Assembly: GCA_963810935.1 (NCBI GenBank)
Contig: CAWEPK010000017.1
Span: 64,001 to 128,000, forward strand
Source of the DNA: an uncultured delta proteobacterium
GTDB taxonomy: Bacteria > Desulfobacterota > Syntrophorhabdia > Syntrophorhabdales > WCHB1-27
Direction of reading: 5' to 3'
Length of the DNA: 64,000 nt
Of this stretch, positions 1 through 11,396 are shown in pieces (the stretch's first letter is position 1; each line of letters begins with the position of its first letter). The position numbers were made by a program, and so were the translations under genes. The notes under the pieces are model-generated. The model saw nothing but the letters and a program-made list of their open reading frames with translations. It was not told the origin of the DNA and made no database searches.

Positions 1-571
1 AAAGGGCAAACTCACGACTGATCCTGCCAGTCATACGGGGGAGGGTATCTTTTTTACTTCTCGCATGTTCGATATGTTTAGCATCTTATCTGGCGAGGTT
101 TTTCTTTCCCACAGTTATGGGAAAGACGAGGATTGGATATTACAAAACTCAGAATATTGTAAGGGAACATGGATCACTATGAAACTTAAGAACAATACCT
201 CTCGAACCACAAAAGAGGTATTTGATGGCTTTAAAACAGGCGATGAGATTGGATTTACCAAGACAGTAGTTCCTGTGAGATTGGCGTTATATGGAAACGA
301 GCAATTAATTTCACGTTCTCAAGGTAAACGACTCATGGAAAGGGTAGATAGATTCAAAACGGTTATTCTGGATTTTGCAGGAGTGCAGACAGTAGGCCGA
401 GCGTTTGCAGACGAAATTTTCAGGGTTTTTGCAAATCGGCATCCGAATATACAAATTATTCCCGTAAACGACGGACCGGAGGTCAAGAGCATGATCGTCA
501 GGGCGCATTTACAAGCTTTTCTCGATAAACAACAAACGAACGAGGGGAAAAGCGATATCTCTTCGGAGTAA
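1..571 (+). CDS. 3' part of an ATP-binding/STAS-like (DUF4325) domain protein, truncated by the window start
   Basis: Frame open from the window edge (..HTGEGIFFTSRMFD.., HATPase-like G-box). C-terminal LISRSQGKRL..VILDFAGVQTVGRAFADEIF is typical of STAS-like DUF4325. AT-richer than flanking DNA. Confidence 0.7.
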   Translation, partial: KGKLTTDPASHTGEGIFFTSRMFDMFSILSGEVFLSHSYGKDEDWILQNSEYCKGTWITMKLKNNTSRTTKEVFDGFKTGDEIGFTKTVVPVRLALYGNEQLISRSQGKRLMERVDRFKTVILDFAGVQTVGRAFADEIFRVFANRHPNIQIIPVNDGPEVKSMIVRAHLQAFLDKQQTNEGKSDISSE

Positions 572-691
572 TCCGCTATAGTTCAACCGCACAAGCACGA
601 TTTGAAACTGGCCTGCTACCGGGAGAGGCGGATCGGGCTTTTTATGAAAACCCTTGCCGCCGCAGTCGATGATATGATAGAAATGACCATG

Positions 692-1270
692 ATGGTAAAG
701 ACTATAAAATGCGTTCTTGTCCTTTCGGTCCTGATGCTCGCGGTTAGTGCCCCTCCTGTCCGGGCGTTCAAGGAGACGGACCTGGAGAAGCTAAAATCTA
801 CCCAGTCATGCTCCTTTTGCGACCTGAAGGAGGCGCAGTTCGTGGCGGCAAAGCTGTCCGGCACGCGGCTGTCAGGCGCAAGGCTTTCCGGGGCAGACCT
901 GACCGGCGCCGACCTGTCAAAAGCCAACCTGAGGAACGCGGTCATGATAAAGGCAGTCCTCAACAAGGCCAACCTGACGGGGGCGGACCTGTCGGGGGCC
1001 AATCTGACGGAGGCCCGGCTTTCCCACGCAGACCTCACGGACATCAAATTGGACGGTGCAGACCTGGCTAACGCAGACCTGTCCCACTCGACGCTGTCGG
1101 GCGGGAGCCTTGCCCGTGCGAACCTGACCGGCGCCGACCTTTCAGACGTAGATCTCTCGGGCGTGAGCCTGTCGGGCGCACGTTGGACTAACGGGGAGAG
1201 GTGCACCGAGGAATCGGTCGGCGACTGCGCCAAGGCGCCCGTCCGGACCAAGCCGGGATTTATGTGGTAA
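692..1270 (+). CDS. Secreted pentapeptide-repeat protein
   Basis: Signal-peptide-like N-terminus, CSFCDL motif, then a long A(D/N)L(S/T)x repeat run; start codon uncertain. Confidence 0.9.
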   Translation: MVKTIKCVLVLSVLMLAVSAPPVRAFKETDLEKLKSTQSCSFCDLKEAQFVAAKLSGTRLSGARLSGADLTGADLSKANLRNAVMIKAVLNKANLTGADLSGANLTEARLSHADLTDIKLDGADLANADLSHSTLSGGSLARANLTGADLSDVDLSGVSLSGARWTNGERCTEESVGDCAKAPVRTKPGFMW

Positions 1271-1386
1271 ATGCCGGCGCCCTTCCGGCAGGTACAAACT
1301 GCATATCAGCGGAAAATTCTCGCTCCCTCAAGTTGACATCGATTAGAGAAACAGGGTTTGGATAACGGGTAAGAGCCGGAGCGGAT

Positions 1387-2910
1387 TTATCTGCGGGCGA
1401 CCAGCCTCTTCGTCTTCGTGCGGTGGCCCTTCCTTGCCGTCTTCGTACGGTCGGCCCGGTCCGTCTTATGCACGACGTGCCGTGTCAGGCTGGCTTTGAC
1501 TGCGGCCGGACCGCGGCTTTTCTTTATTTTCGCATTGGCGAGGGTCACAACCTCGTCATCTAAGTCCGCGTCCTGCATGACGGCCTGTCCGTGGGTATCG
1601 CCCGCAGTTACGGCCGCCCCTTTCGCACTGGCGAACCTGGGGATGAAGACGACCTTGTTTGCCCCGCGCTTGCCGCCTGTCCCCCCGTTGACGAGGGCGA
1701 AGTCGGAGTGGGAGACGTTGTATTGCTTCAGGACGCCGGCAAGTGATTCCTTCTTTTTTATGGAGTGCTTAACTACGCCCAAAAGCTGCCCGCCGCCCTC
1801 GAACTCCTCGTTTATCTTCTTTTTGACCGCTTCCTTGTCGGAGACGCCCGGCAGGGTTATCCTGTACGACTTGCCCGGCGGGGTCACACCCCGTGTAAGC
1901 TCCGGGTTTAGCACGGACAATTCGGCCGGGTCTATCGCCAGGGCGCGCGCGATCCTCGGCAGGGGCAGGCCACCCGCCACTTCTACCTTTGTCAGCGTAT
2001 CGACGGACGCCGACGGCTTCCCGTCAAAACCATATTTTTCAGGGTCTTTCGCAATAAGCGCGGCGGCGATCAACTGGGGCACGTATTCCTGGGTTTCGCG
2101 GGGCAGCTTCTTAAACCGGCGCAGCTTCCAAAAATCCCGCGTGTCGTTTTTTACGATGGCCTTTTCGATCCTGTGCTCCCCTGCGTTGTAGCCCGCAGCG
2201 GCCAGGTACCAGCAGCCGAACCTGTCGAAAAGCTCTTTCAGGTAGCGCGCGGCCGCCACTGTGGACTTCTCCACGTCGCACCGCTCATCCACCCAGAAGC
2301 CGACGTGCAGCCCGTACCGCTCGCCCGTCTCATGGATGAACTGCCAGGGGCCTTTCGCCTTTGCAGGGGAATAGGCCCTCATGTTGAAACCGCTTTCGAT
2401 CATGGAAAGATAGACGAGGTCTTCGGGCATGTTGTGCGCTTTGAGGATCGACCTGATCGTCGGCGCATACCTCTGGGCGCGCACAAGCCACCGGGCGAAG
2501 ACCTTGCGTTTCTTCTCGGAGAAATATTTTATGTAGAGATTTACGGCATCGTTAAGTACAAGGGGCATGTCGAAGCCGCCCGACTGGTGCGACGCTTCGA
2601 GGTTCTTCCGCACCGTCTCGACGATATTCTTCTCTTCGTCGGTGAGGCCGGTCGTCTGTGACTCCGGGGAGGCTGCATCGCGGCCGCTCAACCCTGCCGC
2701 GTCCGCTGCGTCCGGAATGCCGATAAACAGGTTGTCGGGAGGGTCGCTTTCGGCTTCGTCTGCTTCGCCGGTCTGCGATTTCATGTCGGACACGGCCGGG
2801 CTGCCCGTGTTCGCGGCCATTCCCACTGGCGCGTTTGCGCAGAATAACCGGGGGCAGGAAAAGAGCAAAATTAAACCGAACGTCAGGGACGCGAGGATAG
2901 TCCTTCTCAT
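1387..2910 (-). CDS. MltD-like lytic murein transglycosylase with LysM-like C-terminal region
   Basis: SLT motifs LSMIESGF, AKGPWQFI, LAAAGYNAGE, ETQEYVP. Confidence 0.9.
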   Translation of the reverse strand: MRRTILASLTFGLILLFSCPRLFCANAPVGMAANTGSPAVSDMKSQTGEADEAESDPPDNLFIGIPDAADAAGLSGRDAASPESQTTGLTDEEKNIVETVRKNLEASHQSGGFDMPLVLNDAVNLYIKYFSEKKRKVFARWLVRAQRYAPTIRSILKAHNMPEDLVYLSMIESGFNMRAYSPAKAKGPWQFIHETGERYGLHVGFWVDERCDVEKSTVAAARYLKELFDRFGCWYLAAAGYNAGEHRIEKAIVKNDTRDFWKLRRFKKLPRETQEYVPQLIAAALIAKDPEKYGFDGKPSASVDTLTKVEVAGGLPLPRIARALAIDPAELSVLNPELTRGVTPPGKSYRITLPGVSDKEAVKKKINEEFEGGGQLLGVVKHSIKKKESLAGVLKQYNVSHSDFALVNGGTGGKRGANKVVFIPRFASAKGAAVTAGDTHGQAVMQDADLDDEVVTLANAKIKKSRGPAAVKASLTRHVVHKTDRADRTKTARKGHRTKTKRLVARR

Positions 2911-3027
2911 AAGGGTAAGTGAGCTTAGCAGAACCGCGCTTCTGCCGTCAATAAAAAAAGCGCGAAAACCGACCGTCCGGGCTGTTTTTATGCGGGCGGC
3001 GCGGATGGCCGCCCGGCTGGCTACCTT

Positions 3028-3501
3028 TCAGTCGCGTTTCCAGTGGACCCTTACAAACTTCTCGTCTTCCAGGTATTGCAGCTTCAACTCTCCTTTAAAG
3101 GCGTTCCGGACCGCCTCTCCGACCCTTCTCGCCATGTGCTCGTATGTCGTCTTTATCTCTAATCGTCCCTCTTTGGCGGATATGTCCATGATTCTTTCGA
3201 GCGGCCTCCGCGCCTTCTCGGTCTGCCCGGCCCTCTTGATCGTGTTCAATATTTCGTCCTTGTGCTCCTTGAGAAACTCACCTTCGAGCACCACCTGGCC
3301 GCCCGTGTAATGTTCCTCTATCCTCCGGCAGGCGGGACAGAGCATTTCCGCCGCATCCCTGGGGGGCGGGTCCTCCCACGCGAAAACACCCCTGGTGAAG
3401 ACCACCTTGCACCTGGTGCATACGGATGGGTCGTGGTACCTCTCCCTGACAAAATACGGGTCGTCGACCTCTTCCTGGATCATCTTGTCGAGCCTTGCCA
3501 T
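3028..3501 (-). CDS. BCAM0308-family protein with two CxxC motifs
   Basis: CTRC...CPACRRI, PLERIM, TTYEHMARRVGEA; RBS-like AAGGGGG upstream of ATG 3501. Confidence 0.75.
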   Translation of the reverse strand: MARLDKMIQEEVDDPYFVRERYHDPSVCTRCKVVFTRGVFAWEDPPPRDAAEMLCPACRRIEEHYTGGQVVLEGEFLKEHKDEILNTIKRAGQTEKARRPLERIMDISAKEGRLEIKTTYEHMARRVGEAVRNAFKGELKLQYLEDEKFVRVHWKRD

Positions 3502-3632
3502 AAAGTCGTTTCCCCCTTTGTAGTTGAATCTAGAGCCAGCAGGGAACCGTGTCAACTCACGCGTGTGTGAGCGGATGAGGGCCGACGGGAAAAGGTGGGC
3601 GTAGCGGGGCAATCAGGTGTATATTAAGAATC

Positions 3633-4346
3633 ATGAGGCCGATCTGGATACCCAACATACTCACCCTCGGCAATCTGACCTGCGGATTCGTATCCGTCAT
3701 ATTTGCAAGCGGGGGCTCTGCCGAGGGGCTGCGCGTGGCTGCCGTGCTGATACTGCTTGCAGCGCTCCTGGACGGGCTTGACGGTCAGGTCGCCCGCCGC
3801 CTGCACGTCGACGGCCCGCTCGGGAAAGAGCTCGATTCGCTTGCCGACTGCGTGGCCTTCGGGGTCGCGCCCGGCTACCTGGGCTATAAGGCCTACCTCG
3901 CGGCGGCAACGCTCGATGTTTCCGGCCAGTCCGTTAACCTGGGCATACTGATGGCTGCGGTCTTCCCCGTGTGCGCGGCATACAGGCTTGCGCGGTTCAA
4001 CGTCCGCTCATCCCCGCACGCCTTTCAGGGGCTCCCTTCCCCTGCCGCCGGGATGCTCGTGGCGCTCGGGATACTCTGCTTTCCGGCGGGGAATATCCCG
4101 CAGCCGCTTTTCGCTGCGCTTTTCTGCGTCGTGGGGTTGCTGATGGTTTCTACAGTGGGTTATTCGAAGCCGCAGGCTGCTTTGCTTAAGAACCTGCAAG
4201 GGGTCAAGCTCGCCCTGCTCGTGGTGCTCGTGGTTGTGCTGCTGGCGTTGTTCAAGCTATGGGTGATATTTCTCGCAATGGGCGTATACGTGATCTCCGG
4301 CCTCTTAGGCTGGCTGATACAGTTCATAGAAGAGCGCAGGTACTGA
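3633..4346 (+). CDS. pssA: CDP-diacylglycerol--serine O-phosphatidyltransferase
   Basis: IPNILTLGN; CDP-alcohol phosphotransferase motif DGLDGQVAR..GKELDSLAD; RLARFN..FQGLPSP. Confidence 0.9.
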   Translation: MRPIWIPNILTLGNLTCGFVSVIFASGGSAEGLRVAAVLILLAALLDGLDGQVARRLHVDGPLGKELDSLADCVAFGVAPGYLGYKAYLAAATLDVSGQSVNLGILMAAVFPVCAAYRLARFNVRSSPHAFQGLPSPAAGMLVALGILCFPAGNIPQPLFAALFCVVGLLMVSTVGYSKPQAALLKNLQGVKLALLVVLVVVLLALFKLWVIFLAMGVYVISGLLGWLIQFIEERRY

Positions 4347-4349
4347 AGC

Positions 4350-5369
4350 TCATCCCTTCCTGAAGCTGTCGTATAGCGAGAGGTTTTCCTTGATGAGGTC
4401 GGGGATGGGGAGGCCGTAGGGGCAGCGCGCAAGGCATTCGCCGCATTCAGAGCAGTTGCGCGCTTTCTCGATGCCTTCCGTCATCCAGCCGAGCTCCAGC
4501 ACCTTCGAGCCGAACCGCTTGAACGTCGATTTCAGGCCCATAATGAATTGTATCGATATGCCCTCCGTGCACGGCTGGCAGTAATCGCACCTTCTGCAAA
4601 ACTGGTACTGGTGTTCCTTCCGCAGCGCCTCTATCCGCTCCATATCTTCTTCGGTGAGGCGGCCCCCTTCGGTGAAGATGCGCCAGTTCTCGCGCGACTT
4701 CTCGATGGTTTCCGTCCCCGGTATCGGCACTATGCCCTCCGTTGCAAAGACGTACCTGAGGGCAGGCCCCGCATCCTCGATGACGCCGCCGGAAAAAGGC
4801 TTCATGGCAAGGACGCCTATGTCGTGCGCAAACGCCGCGGGGAACACCTTCTCTGCCGCCTGCGGCTCTAAGATGCCGTAGCAGGCCATGATGACCGAGA
4901 CCCGCGCCTCTTCCGCAGCGCGCAAGAGCACGTCGAGGTTGTGGCTCGTCAGCCCTATGTGGTCGATCAGTCCCTCGTCCTGCGCCCTCCGAAGGGCGTC
5001 AAACCCGCTGCCAGGCGCCATCGCCTTTTCATACTCCTCCATGTTGGGGATCATGTGGAGGTGGTAGATATCGATCTTCTTCACCTTGAGCTGCTTAAGG
5101 CTCTCATGCACCTCATCGTAGATGGCCGCGGTTTTCGCCTGGGACTTCGTCGATATGACGACGCGCCTGTCGAGCCCGGCGAGTGCGAGGCCGATCTTCT
5201 GCTCGCTGTCGGAGTACGCGCGGGCCGTATCGAGAAGGTCTATGCCCATCCCGACGACCTCCCTGATGACGGGGACCGCCTCCTCCACGCTGACCCGCTG
5301 GATCGGTATGCCGCCCCAACCCATCCTCGTTACGACCAACCCCGTTTTGCCGAGCCTGACTTTCTCCAT
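4350..5369 (-). CDS. Aldo/keto reductase with C-terminal 4Fe-4S domain
   Basis: VRLGKTGL..DTARAY AKR motifs; CRRCDYCQPC and CSECGECLARCP. Confidence 0.9.
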   Translation of the reverse strand: MEKVRLGKTGLVVTRMGWGGIPIQRVSVEEAVPVIREVVGMGIDLLDTARAYSDSEQKIGLALAGLDRRVVISTKSQAKTAAIYDEVHESLKQLKVKKIDIYHLHMIPNMEEYEKAMAPGSGFDALRRAQDEGLIDHIGLTSHNLDVLLRAAEEARVSVIMACYGILEPQAAEKVFPAAFAHDIGVLAMKPFSGGVIEDAGPALRYVFATEGIVPIPGTETIEKSRENWRIFTEGGRLTEEDMERIEALRKEHQYQFCRRCDYCQPCTEGISIQFIMGLKSTFKRFGSKVLELGWMTEGIEKARNCSECGECLARCPYGLPIPDLIKENLSLYDSFRKG

Positions 5370-5594
5370 GTCCCTACCTCGTTTTGTCGCATGCGAGCGC
5401 CCCTGACGGCGCTCTGGCCTTTCATAAATAATATAACAATAATATCGCAAGGCCGGTTGCATGTAAAGGCGGCCAAGGCCCTTACGCGTTGCGCCCGGCG
5501 GGCGTCTGTGTTATCTATTGTACGGATACAGGACAATTTGACCGGCATCGGGGAAAGAGAGTCGCAGATTATCGCAACAATCCGGAGGCGGAAA

Positions 5595-6131
5595 ATGATA
5601 GAGATAATGCGCGCGCGACGGAGCATCAGGGCATACGAGGAGAAACCGATCAATGGGGAATCGCTCAATACCTTGAAAGAGGCGCTTTTACGCTCCCCTT
5701 CGTCTATGGGCAAGAACCCGTGGACGTTCGTTTTCGTTGATAACCCGGAGATACTCGCCCATCTGTCGAAGGCGAAGGAGCACGGGGCCGAGTTCATCAA
5801 GGGGGCTTCGCTGGCCATCGTCGTCTGCGGGGACGAATCGGTGTCGGACGTCTGGGTGGAGGACTGCTCAATCGCCTCCATCGTCGCGCATCTCACCTCC
5901 CATTCCCTGGGTCTCGGAAGCTGCTGGTGCCAGATCAGGAACCGGCCGCATTCCGGGGCGGAGACTGCCGAGGAGTACATACAGAAGCTCCTGGGCATCC
6001 CCGGCAACCTCCGGGTTGAGGCTGTCGTCGCCGTGGGATATCCGGCAGAGGCAAAGCAGCCGAGACCTGCGGAAGGGCTCGATTACGGGAAGATACACCA
6101 CAACCGGTACGGAAAGAAGGCGGCGCTTTAG
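5595..6131 (+). CDS. Nitroreductase family protein
   Basis: RRSIRAY, SPSSMGKNPWTF, LGLGSCW, VAVGYP; GGAGG RBS upstream. Confidence 0.9.
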   Translation: MIEIMRARRSIRAYEEKPINGESLNTLKEALLRSPSSMGKNPWTFVFVDNPEILAHLSKAKEHGAEFIKGASLAIVVCGDESVSDVWVEDCSIASIVAHLTSHSLGLGSCWCQIRNRPHSGAETAEEYIQKLLGIPGNLRVEAVVAVGYPAEAKQPRPAEGLDYGKIHHNRYGKKAAL

Positions 6132-6160
6132 GCTCACGGGGAAGCGAAAGGGGAGAGATC

Positions 6161-7202
6161 ATGGAGGAGGGCCGGGCGCAGCGCAAAGTCGGCACGGGCG
6201 GACCGCAGGAAGTGGCGGGAGGCATCTACAGGCTGGAGGTGCCTCTTCCGGGCAGCCCGCTGAAAGCGGTCAACTCGTACATCATCAAGGGACGCCCCCG
6301 CAACCTCGTTATCGATACGGGCATGCGGCGCCCAGAGTGCCTTGCCGTAATGACCGAGGGCCTGAGGGCGCTCGGCGTGATAGCCGCAGACACGGATTTT
6401 TTTATCACCCATTTCCACGCCGACCACCTGGGCCTCGTCTCCGAGGCTGGCGGCAAACGGCTCGACCATCTACCTGAACCGCCCGGACAGCGAGCGCATC
6501 GTCTCGGACCGCTGGTTCGAAGAACGCTTCGACGAGGCGGCGCGCCTGAACGGTTTCCCGGAGAAGCTCGTAGAGAAGGCCATAGGCCGCCACCCCGGGC
6601 TCCTCTACGGGCCCCGGCTGCCGCTCCCCTTCACTCCGACTCCCGACGGCATGATAATAGAGGCAGGTAACCGCACCCTGCGCTGCATAGAAACCCCCGG
6701 CCACAGCTTCGGCCACACCTGCCTTTACGACGCGCAAAAAAAGGTGCTCTTTTCCGGCGACCATATCCTGTCGGACATCACACCGAACGTCCAGGGATGG
6801 TTCCCCGATTGGGACCCGGTTGCCGAATACCTGAAGAGCCTCGAAAAGGTCTCGTCCTTAGACGTCGAGGTGGTACTGCCGGGCCACAGGAGGGTCTTTC
6901 GCGACATGCGGGGGAGGATCGAGGAGCTAAAAAGACACCACGCAGCAAGGGCAAACGAGATGCTCGCCGCGCTTGCAGCCGGGCCGAAAACGGCTTACCG
7001 CGTGGCGTCGGAGGTTACGTGGGATATAGAGTGCGATTCCTTCGACGTCTTTCCGCTCCCCCAGAAGTGGTTCGCCATGGGCGAGACGATCGCGCATCTG
7101 ATCTACCTCGAAAGCCAGGCAAGGGTGCGGAAGGAAATTGTAGAGGACAACGGCAGACAGGTTACGGTCTGGACGTCAGGGACCGGAAGTCGCGCCGGGT
7201 AA
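6161..7202 (+). CDS. MBL-fold metallo-hydrolase (frameshift near 6445)
   Basis: THFHADH in ORF 6161..6670; TPGHS, FSGDH and LPGH in ORF 6651..7202. A single-base shift joins them. Confidence 0.8.
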
Positions 7203-7249
7203 GCCTACCCACGCCCGCCTTCCGGTCCCTGACGGCCCATCTTTCTTGT

Positions 7250-8501
7250 CTAGTAGACCCCGTACTCCAGCGTGGCGTCAAACATGGCCTTCACGTTCTC
7301 CGCCCTGGCATCGTCCAGGCTTGTAGAGGCGTCCATTATATAGCCGCCGTCCCGGCCGCAGACATCGATGAGCTTCTTGCAGTAAGCCCGCACCTCGTCC
7401 GGCGTGCCCGCCACCAGAATAGACAGGGGCACCGCGCCGCGTATGCTGATCCTATCCCCAAGGACTGCCTTTGCCTTGAACATGTCCGTAGCCTCGAAGG
7501 CGTAGCAGGCTTTGCCTGCGGGCAGGCCCTTGATTATCTCCAGGCGGGAGGTACAGTTCCCTTCCCAGAGGGGGCAGGGGATGCATCCTTCCCGGATGAG
7601 GGCCAGCATCAGCTCGTTGAAGGAAGGCCAGAAGAATTTCTTGAACTGATCGGACGACATGAACCCGTCGACCCCCTTGTGGACAGGGATGAAGACCCTG
7701 GGATTGCCTGAGTTCCGCGTCGAGTTCATCGCCATATCGAACATGATCGGCAGGAGCTTATCGCAGGCCCGCAATACCATGTCGGGCCGCCTGTACATAT
7801 CGAGCATAAGCCCCCTGGTGCCCCTGAAGAAATCGCCAAGGGTGTCGAAGGGGGCCTGCGTGAAGCCTCCGAACTGCATCGGGAACCCCGCCTCTTTCGC
7901 CTTTTCCGTATAGATCCGCGTATACGTCGCAACGCGGACTGCCTCTTTTGCGGCCTTGATCGTCAATTCCAGGGACTCGATGACTTCCGGCTGGGCGAAA
8001 GCGGCAAGGCCGAAGGGGATGCCCATATAGTAGGTAATAAAATTGTGAGGGGACGGTATCATTCCGAAGCCCTTCCACGCGCCGCAAATGCGGGGCCAGT
8101 GCTTCCGTATCATGTAATCGGACGGGTCCGAGAGAAAATGGTCGTACTCGTCCGCCTTCATGTACTCGCCCTCGATGAACTGGTAGGTATGGTCGGCCGA
8201 CATGCCATGGCCGGGCCACTTCAGTTGCTTGAAGTCGAGGATATCGAGGACGGGCCCCAGGAAGCGCAAGCCGAAGGGGTTCTGGTCCATGTCGGGCTGG
8301 AAGTCGAGGAGGGCCTTCATCTGGGCGGAGAGGAGCTTCTCCGGGTCGTACATGACCTCCTGCACGGTGAAGCCGGCGTACCTGGTAGGAAAAAAACTGA
8401 ACATGGTCTCTATGGGGACCTGTCGGGGCACCTTCAGAGCGATGGCGTCGAGGGCCCCTCTTTTCGCGCTCCTTGTAAGCTTCCGCTGCATCGTTGCTCA
8501 T
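7250..8501 (-). CDS. UroD/MtaA-fold methyltransferase-like protein, copy 1 (frameshift near 8455)
   Basis: Close paralog of 14507..15757. The N-terminus MSNDAAEAYKEREKR lies in another frame and its ATG overlaps the upstream stop. C-terminal GTPDEVRAYCKKLID..GGYIM is typical of the UroD family. Confidence 0.8.
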
Positions 8502-9133
8502 GACCTGCCCCCTATCCACTTCCTGCAAAGGCCCACGGCCGCCACGGCGTCCTTCCCGAAGGCGTCGGCCCCCGCGTACTTGCAGACCTCGTCGTCCATC
8601 TGGCCGCCGCCGATCATGATTTTCAGCTTGTCACGCAAGCCCGCCTCTTTCAGGGCCTCCACCGTTTTCTTCATCGAATCGAAGGCCAGGGTGAGAAAAC
8701 CGGAGAGTCCGACCACATGCGGATCAAACTCCCGTATCTTCTCCACAAAGGTCTCAACCGGCACGTCGATGCCGATGTCCATGACCTCGAAGCCGCTCAC
8801 GTCAAGCATAAAGGTCACGATGTCCTTGCCGATATCATGGATGTCCCCGGCCACCGTGCCTATCAGGGCCCTGCCCTGCTTAACCCCGGCAGTCCCCTTC
8901 TCCATGAGGGGCTTGACGATCTCCGATATCTCTTTAAGCACTTCGCCGGCCATCATGAGATCGGGGATAAAATACTCGGACGCCTCGAAGCGCTTCCCCA
9001 CTATCTCCATGGCCGCCCGGGCGTCGTCGAGTATGGCGACGGGGTCGGTCCCTTCCGCGACCCGCTTTCTGACAAGGGCCAGCACCTCGTCTTCTTTCAA
9101 GTCGGCCATAAGGCTCACGAGCGTCTCTTCCAT
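8498..9133 (-). CDS. Corrinoid (cobalamin-binding) protein, copy 1
   Basis: Cap domain plus GTVAGDIHDIGKDIV (DxHxxG), VGLSG, MIGGG. Confidence 0.95.
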   Translation of the reverse strand: MEETLVSLMADLKEDEVLALVRKRVAEGTDPVAILDDARAAMEIVGKRFEASEYFIPDLMMAGEVLKEISEIVKPLMEKGTAGVKQGRALIGTVAGDIHDIGKDIVTFMLDVSGFEVMDIGIDVPVETFVEKIREFDPHVVGLSGFLTLAFDSMKKTVEALKEAGLRDKLKIMIGGGQMDDEVCKYAGADAFGKDAVAAVGLCRKWIGGRS

Positions 9134-9216
9134 GTCTGCCTCCTGCTGTAGTTGTTGACCGTTTTATACAGTCCTCTCACGGTCACCCGCCTAGCGGTCG
9201 CTCCGTGACGCGCGTT

Positions 9217-9243
9217 AAAAAAGGGGAGGTCTGCCCTCCCCTT
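9217..9243 (-). terminator. Intrinsic terminator after the MFS gene
   Basis: Minus strand AAGGGGAGG-gcaga-CCTCCCCTT followed by a T run. Confidence 0.6.
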
Positions 9244-9256
9244 CCGGGTGGTGCTT

Positions 9257-10601
9257 TCAAGTGCGCTTGGCCCGCGCAGGTCCCGTGAAAATGACCTTCC
9301 CCAGGACCGTGACGACCACCACGACCACGAGGGCGGCCAGGGCGTTGGTTGTACAAATCCTGGGCACTGTCCAGTTCTGGGTGAGCATAAAGCCGCCTGC
9401 GATGGGCGCGAGCAATGAGCCGATCTTCCCTATCGCGTAGGCCCACCCGAGTCCCGTGCCTCTCATGTCCGTAGGATAGGAAACCGTGGCAAGGCCCATG
9501 AGACCGGAATTGCCTCCGATCACGAAGAACCCCATTACTACGGACAGGATGGCGACTACGATGAAGGGACTCCCTGCGGCATATCCGAAGACTACAACGC
9601 TCAGAAAGGCCAGGATAAAACCTACCCCCAGTATCTTGAAGGGGCTGAACCTGTCCATAAGGATGCCGATGGTGACCGTAGCGAGGGCTGAGCCGATATT
9701 AATGCACGCAAAGGCGATGCTGAACTGCTGGACGGAGGCGCCGCTCTTTTTCAGGAGAGTGGGCGCCCATGAAAGGAGCAGCCAGAGAAGGTAGAAGCTC
9801 GCAAAAAAGGCTATCCATATCAGGATGGTGCTGAAGGCGCGGCCGTCGGTAAAAAGGTTCTTGACGGGCGCACCGGCAAGCTTCTTCTCGGATGAAACAA
9901 AATCGATGTCCTTCTCCTCGGATAGCTTGGGTGCGATTTTGTAAATGATCTTGTGAATCTGAGCCACATCTTTTCCCTTCTTTACAAGGAATTCAAGAGA
10001 CTCGGGAAGAAAGATGGCGACGCCTATGCCGATCACGCACGGCACGATGCCGCCGGCTAGCAAAGACCGATTGCCAGCCGAAATTGGGGAGAAGGTACGC
10101 CGCCGACAGCCCGGCAGTCGTAGAACCGATGGCCATGCCCGCATACATGATGGTAGTGAGGGTGGCGCGCATGTTGCTCGGCGCGTATTCGCAGCCGAAG
10201 GCAAGGGCGTTAGGGACTGCGCCGCCAAGCCCGAGACCGGCGATGAAACGGAACAGGGCCAGTTGCTCGACGCTTGTGATGAAAGAAATTGCTATGGTGA
10301 AGATGCCGAATACAAAGGCGGAGACAAAGAGCATACCCCTGCGCCCCCACCGGTCGGCAAGGGTGCCCAAACAGAGCGCGCCGATCAGGGCGCCGACCTG
10401 CCCCGCGCTCATTGCGAAGCCGAGGGCCGAGGGTTTCGAGTGGAGAAACTCTGCAATCTTGGGTAACGCCACCCCTATGACCGTCAGGTCGAATCCGTCC
10501 AGAAACGTGACGCAGAAACAAAGGAAACAGATCCAGACCTGGTAGGCAGAAAACGGATGGGTGTCGAAAACTTCCCTTACGCTCATCGACTTTGTCGCCA
10601 T
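9257..10601 (-). CDS. MFS transporter, aromatic acid:H+ symporter (AAHS)-like (frameshift near 10065)
   Basis: FLDGFD, LADRWGRR, RFIAGLGLGG, EYAP..R in ORF 9993..10670; LPES, LLSWAPTLL, YPTDMRGTGLGWA in ORF 9257..10228. Confidence 0.8.
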
Positions 10602-10765
10602 GCTTCCCCTCCTTTTGGTAAGGTCGAGCCAATAAACTTTTTCCCTTCGATTGATTGCAAATTCTATCAAAGGGCCGCCGGGGCCCGCTATCGGCGGGCG
10701 ACAATTCTGTCGTAGAATGTGGTTCAGTCCTATGTAGTCCTTGGACTACAATATAGACGGAGGGC

Positions 10766-11396
10766 CTAAAGGATAAGATTGTGCTCGAGGGCGTAGCGGA
10801 CCAGGTCGGCATTGGTCTTTGCCTGCAATTTTACGAGGGCCCTCGCGCGATAGCTACTGATGGTGGTGCGGGACAAGGATAGCTCGTGGGATATCTCTTT
10901 GACGGTCTTGCCGGCCGCCAACATCTCGAATACATGGTACTCCCTGCTCGAAAGGCTCTCGTGGGGCGGGCCGGTCCGTCCTCCCGCGATCTCGACGGCA
11001 AGCCGCTCCCCCAGGGAATCGCTGACGTACCTCCCCCCCTGCGACGCCTTGCGGATGGCCTTCACCAGATCGCTCGGCACGCTCTCTTTCGTGAGGTAGC
11101 CCGACGCCCCCTCCTTGAGGGCCCCTGGTCGCGTACTGGTCCTCCGGGTAAATGCTGAGGACGAGCACGGGGAGGGCCGGCTTCCTGGTCTTTATCTCCC
11201 TCAGCACGTCGAGACCCTGAATGCCCGGCAGGGCCAGGTCGAGAAGCACCACGTCATAGGTCCGGCTCATCATCAGCCTGATGGCGTCGCGGCCGTCGCC
11301 CGCTTCGTCCGCCACTTCCATGTCCTGCGTAGCGGAGAAATTCTTTATCCCCTCCCTGAATATTGCGTGGTCATCGACGATCAGGACCCTTACCAT
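10766..11396 (-). CDS. NarL/UvrY-type response regulator (frameshift near 11120)
   Basis: REC domain VLIVDDH..VLLDLALP; LuxR HTH LSSREYHV..GKTVKEIS..LSLSRTTISSYR in the second frame. Confidence 0.85.
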
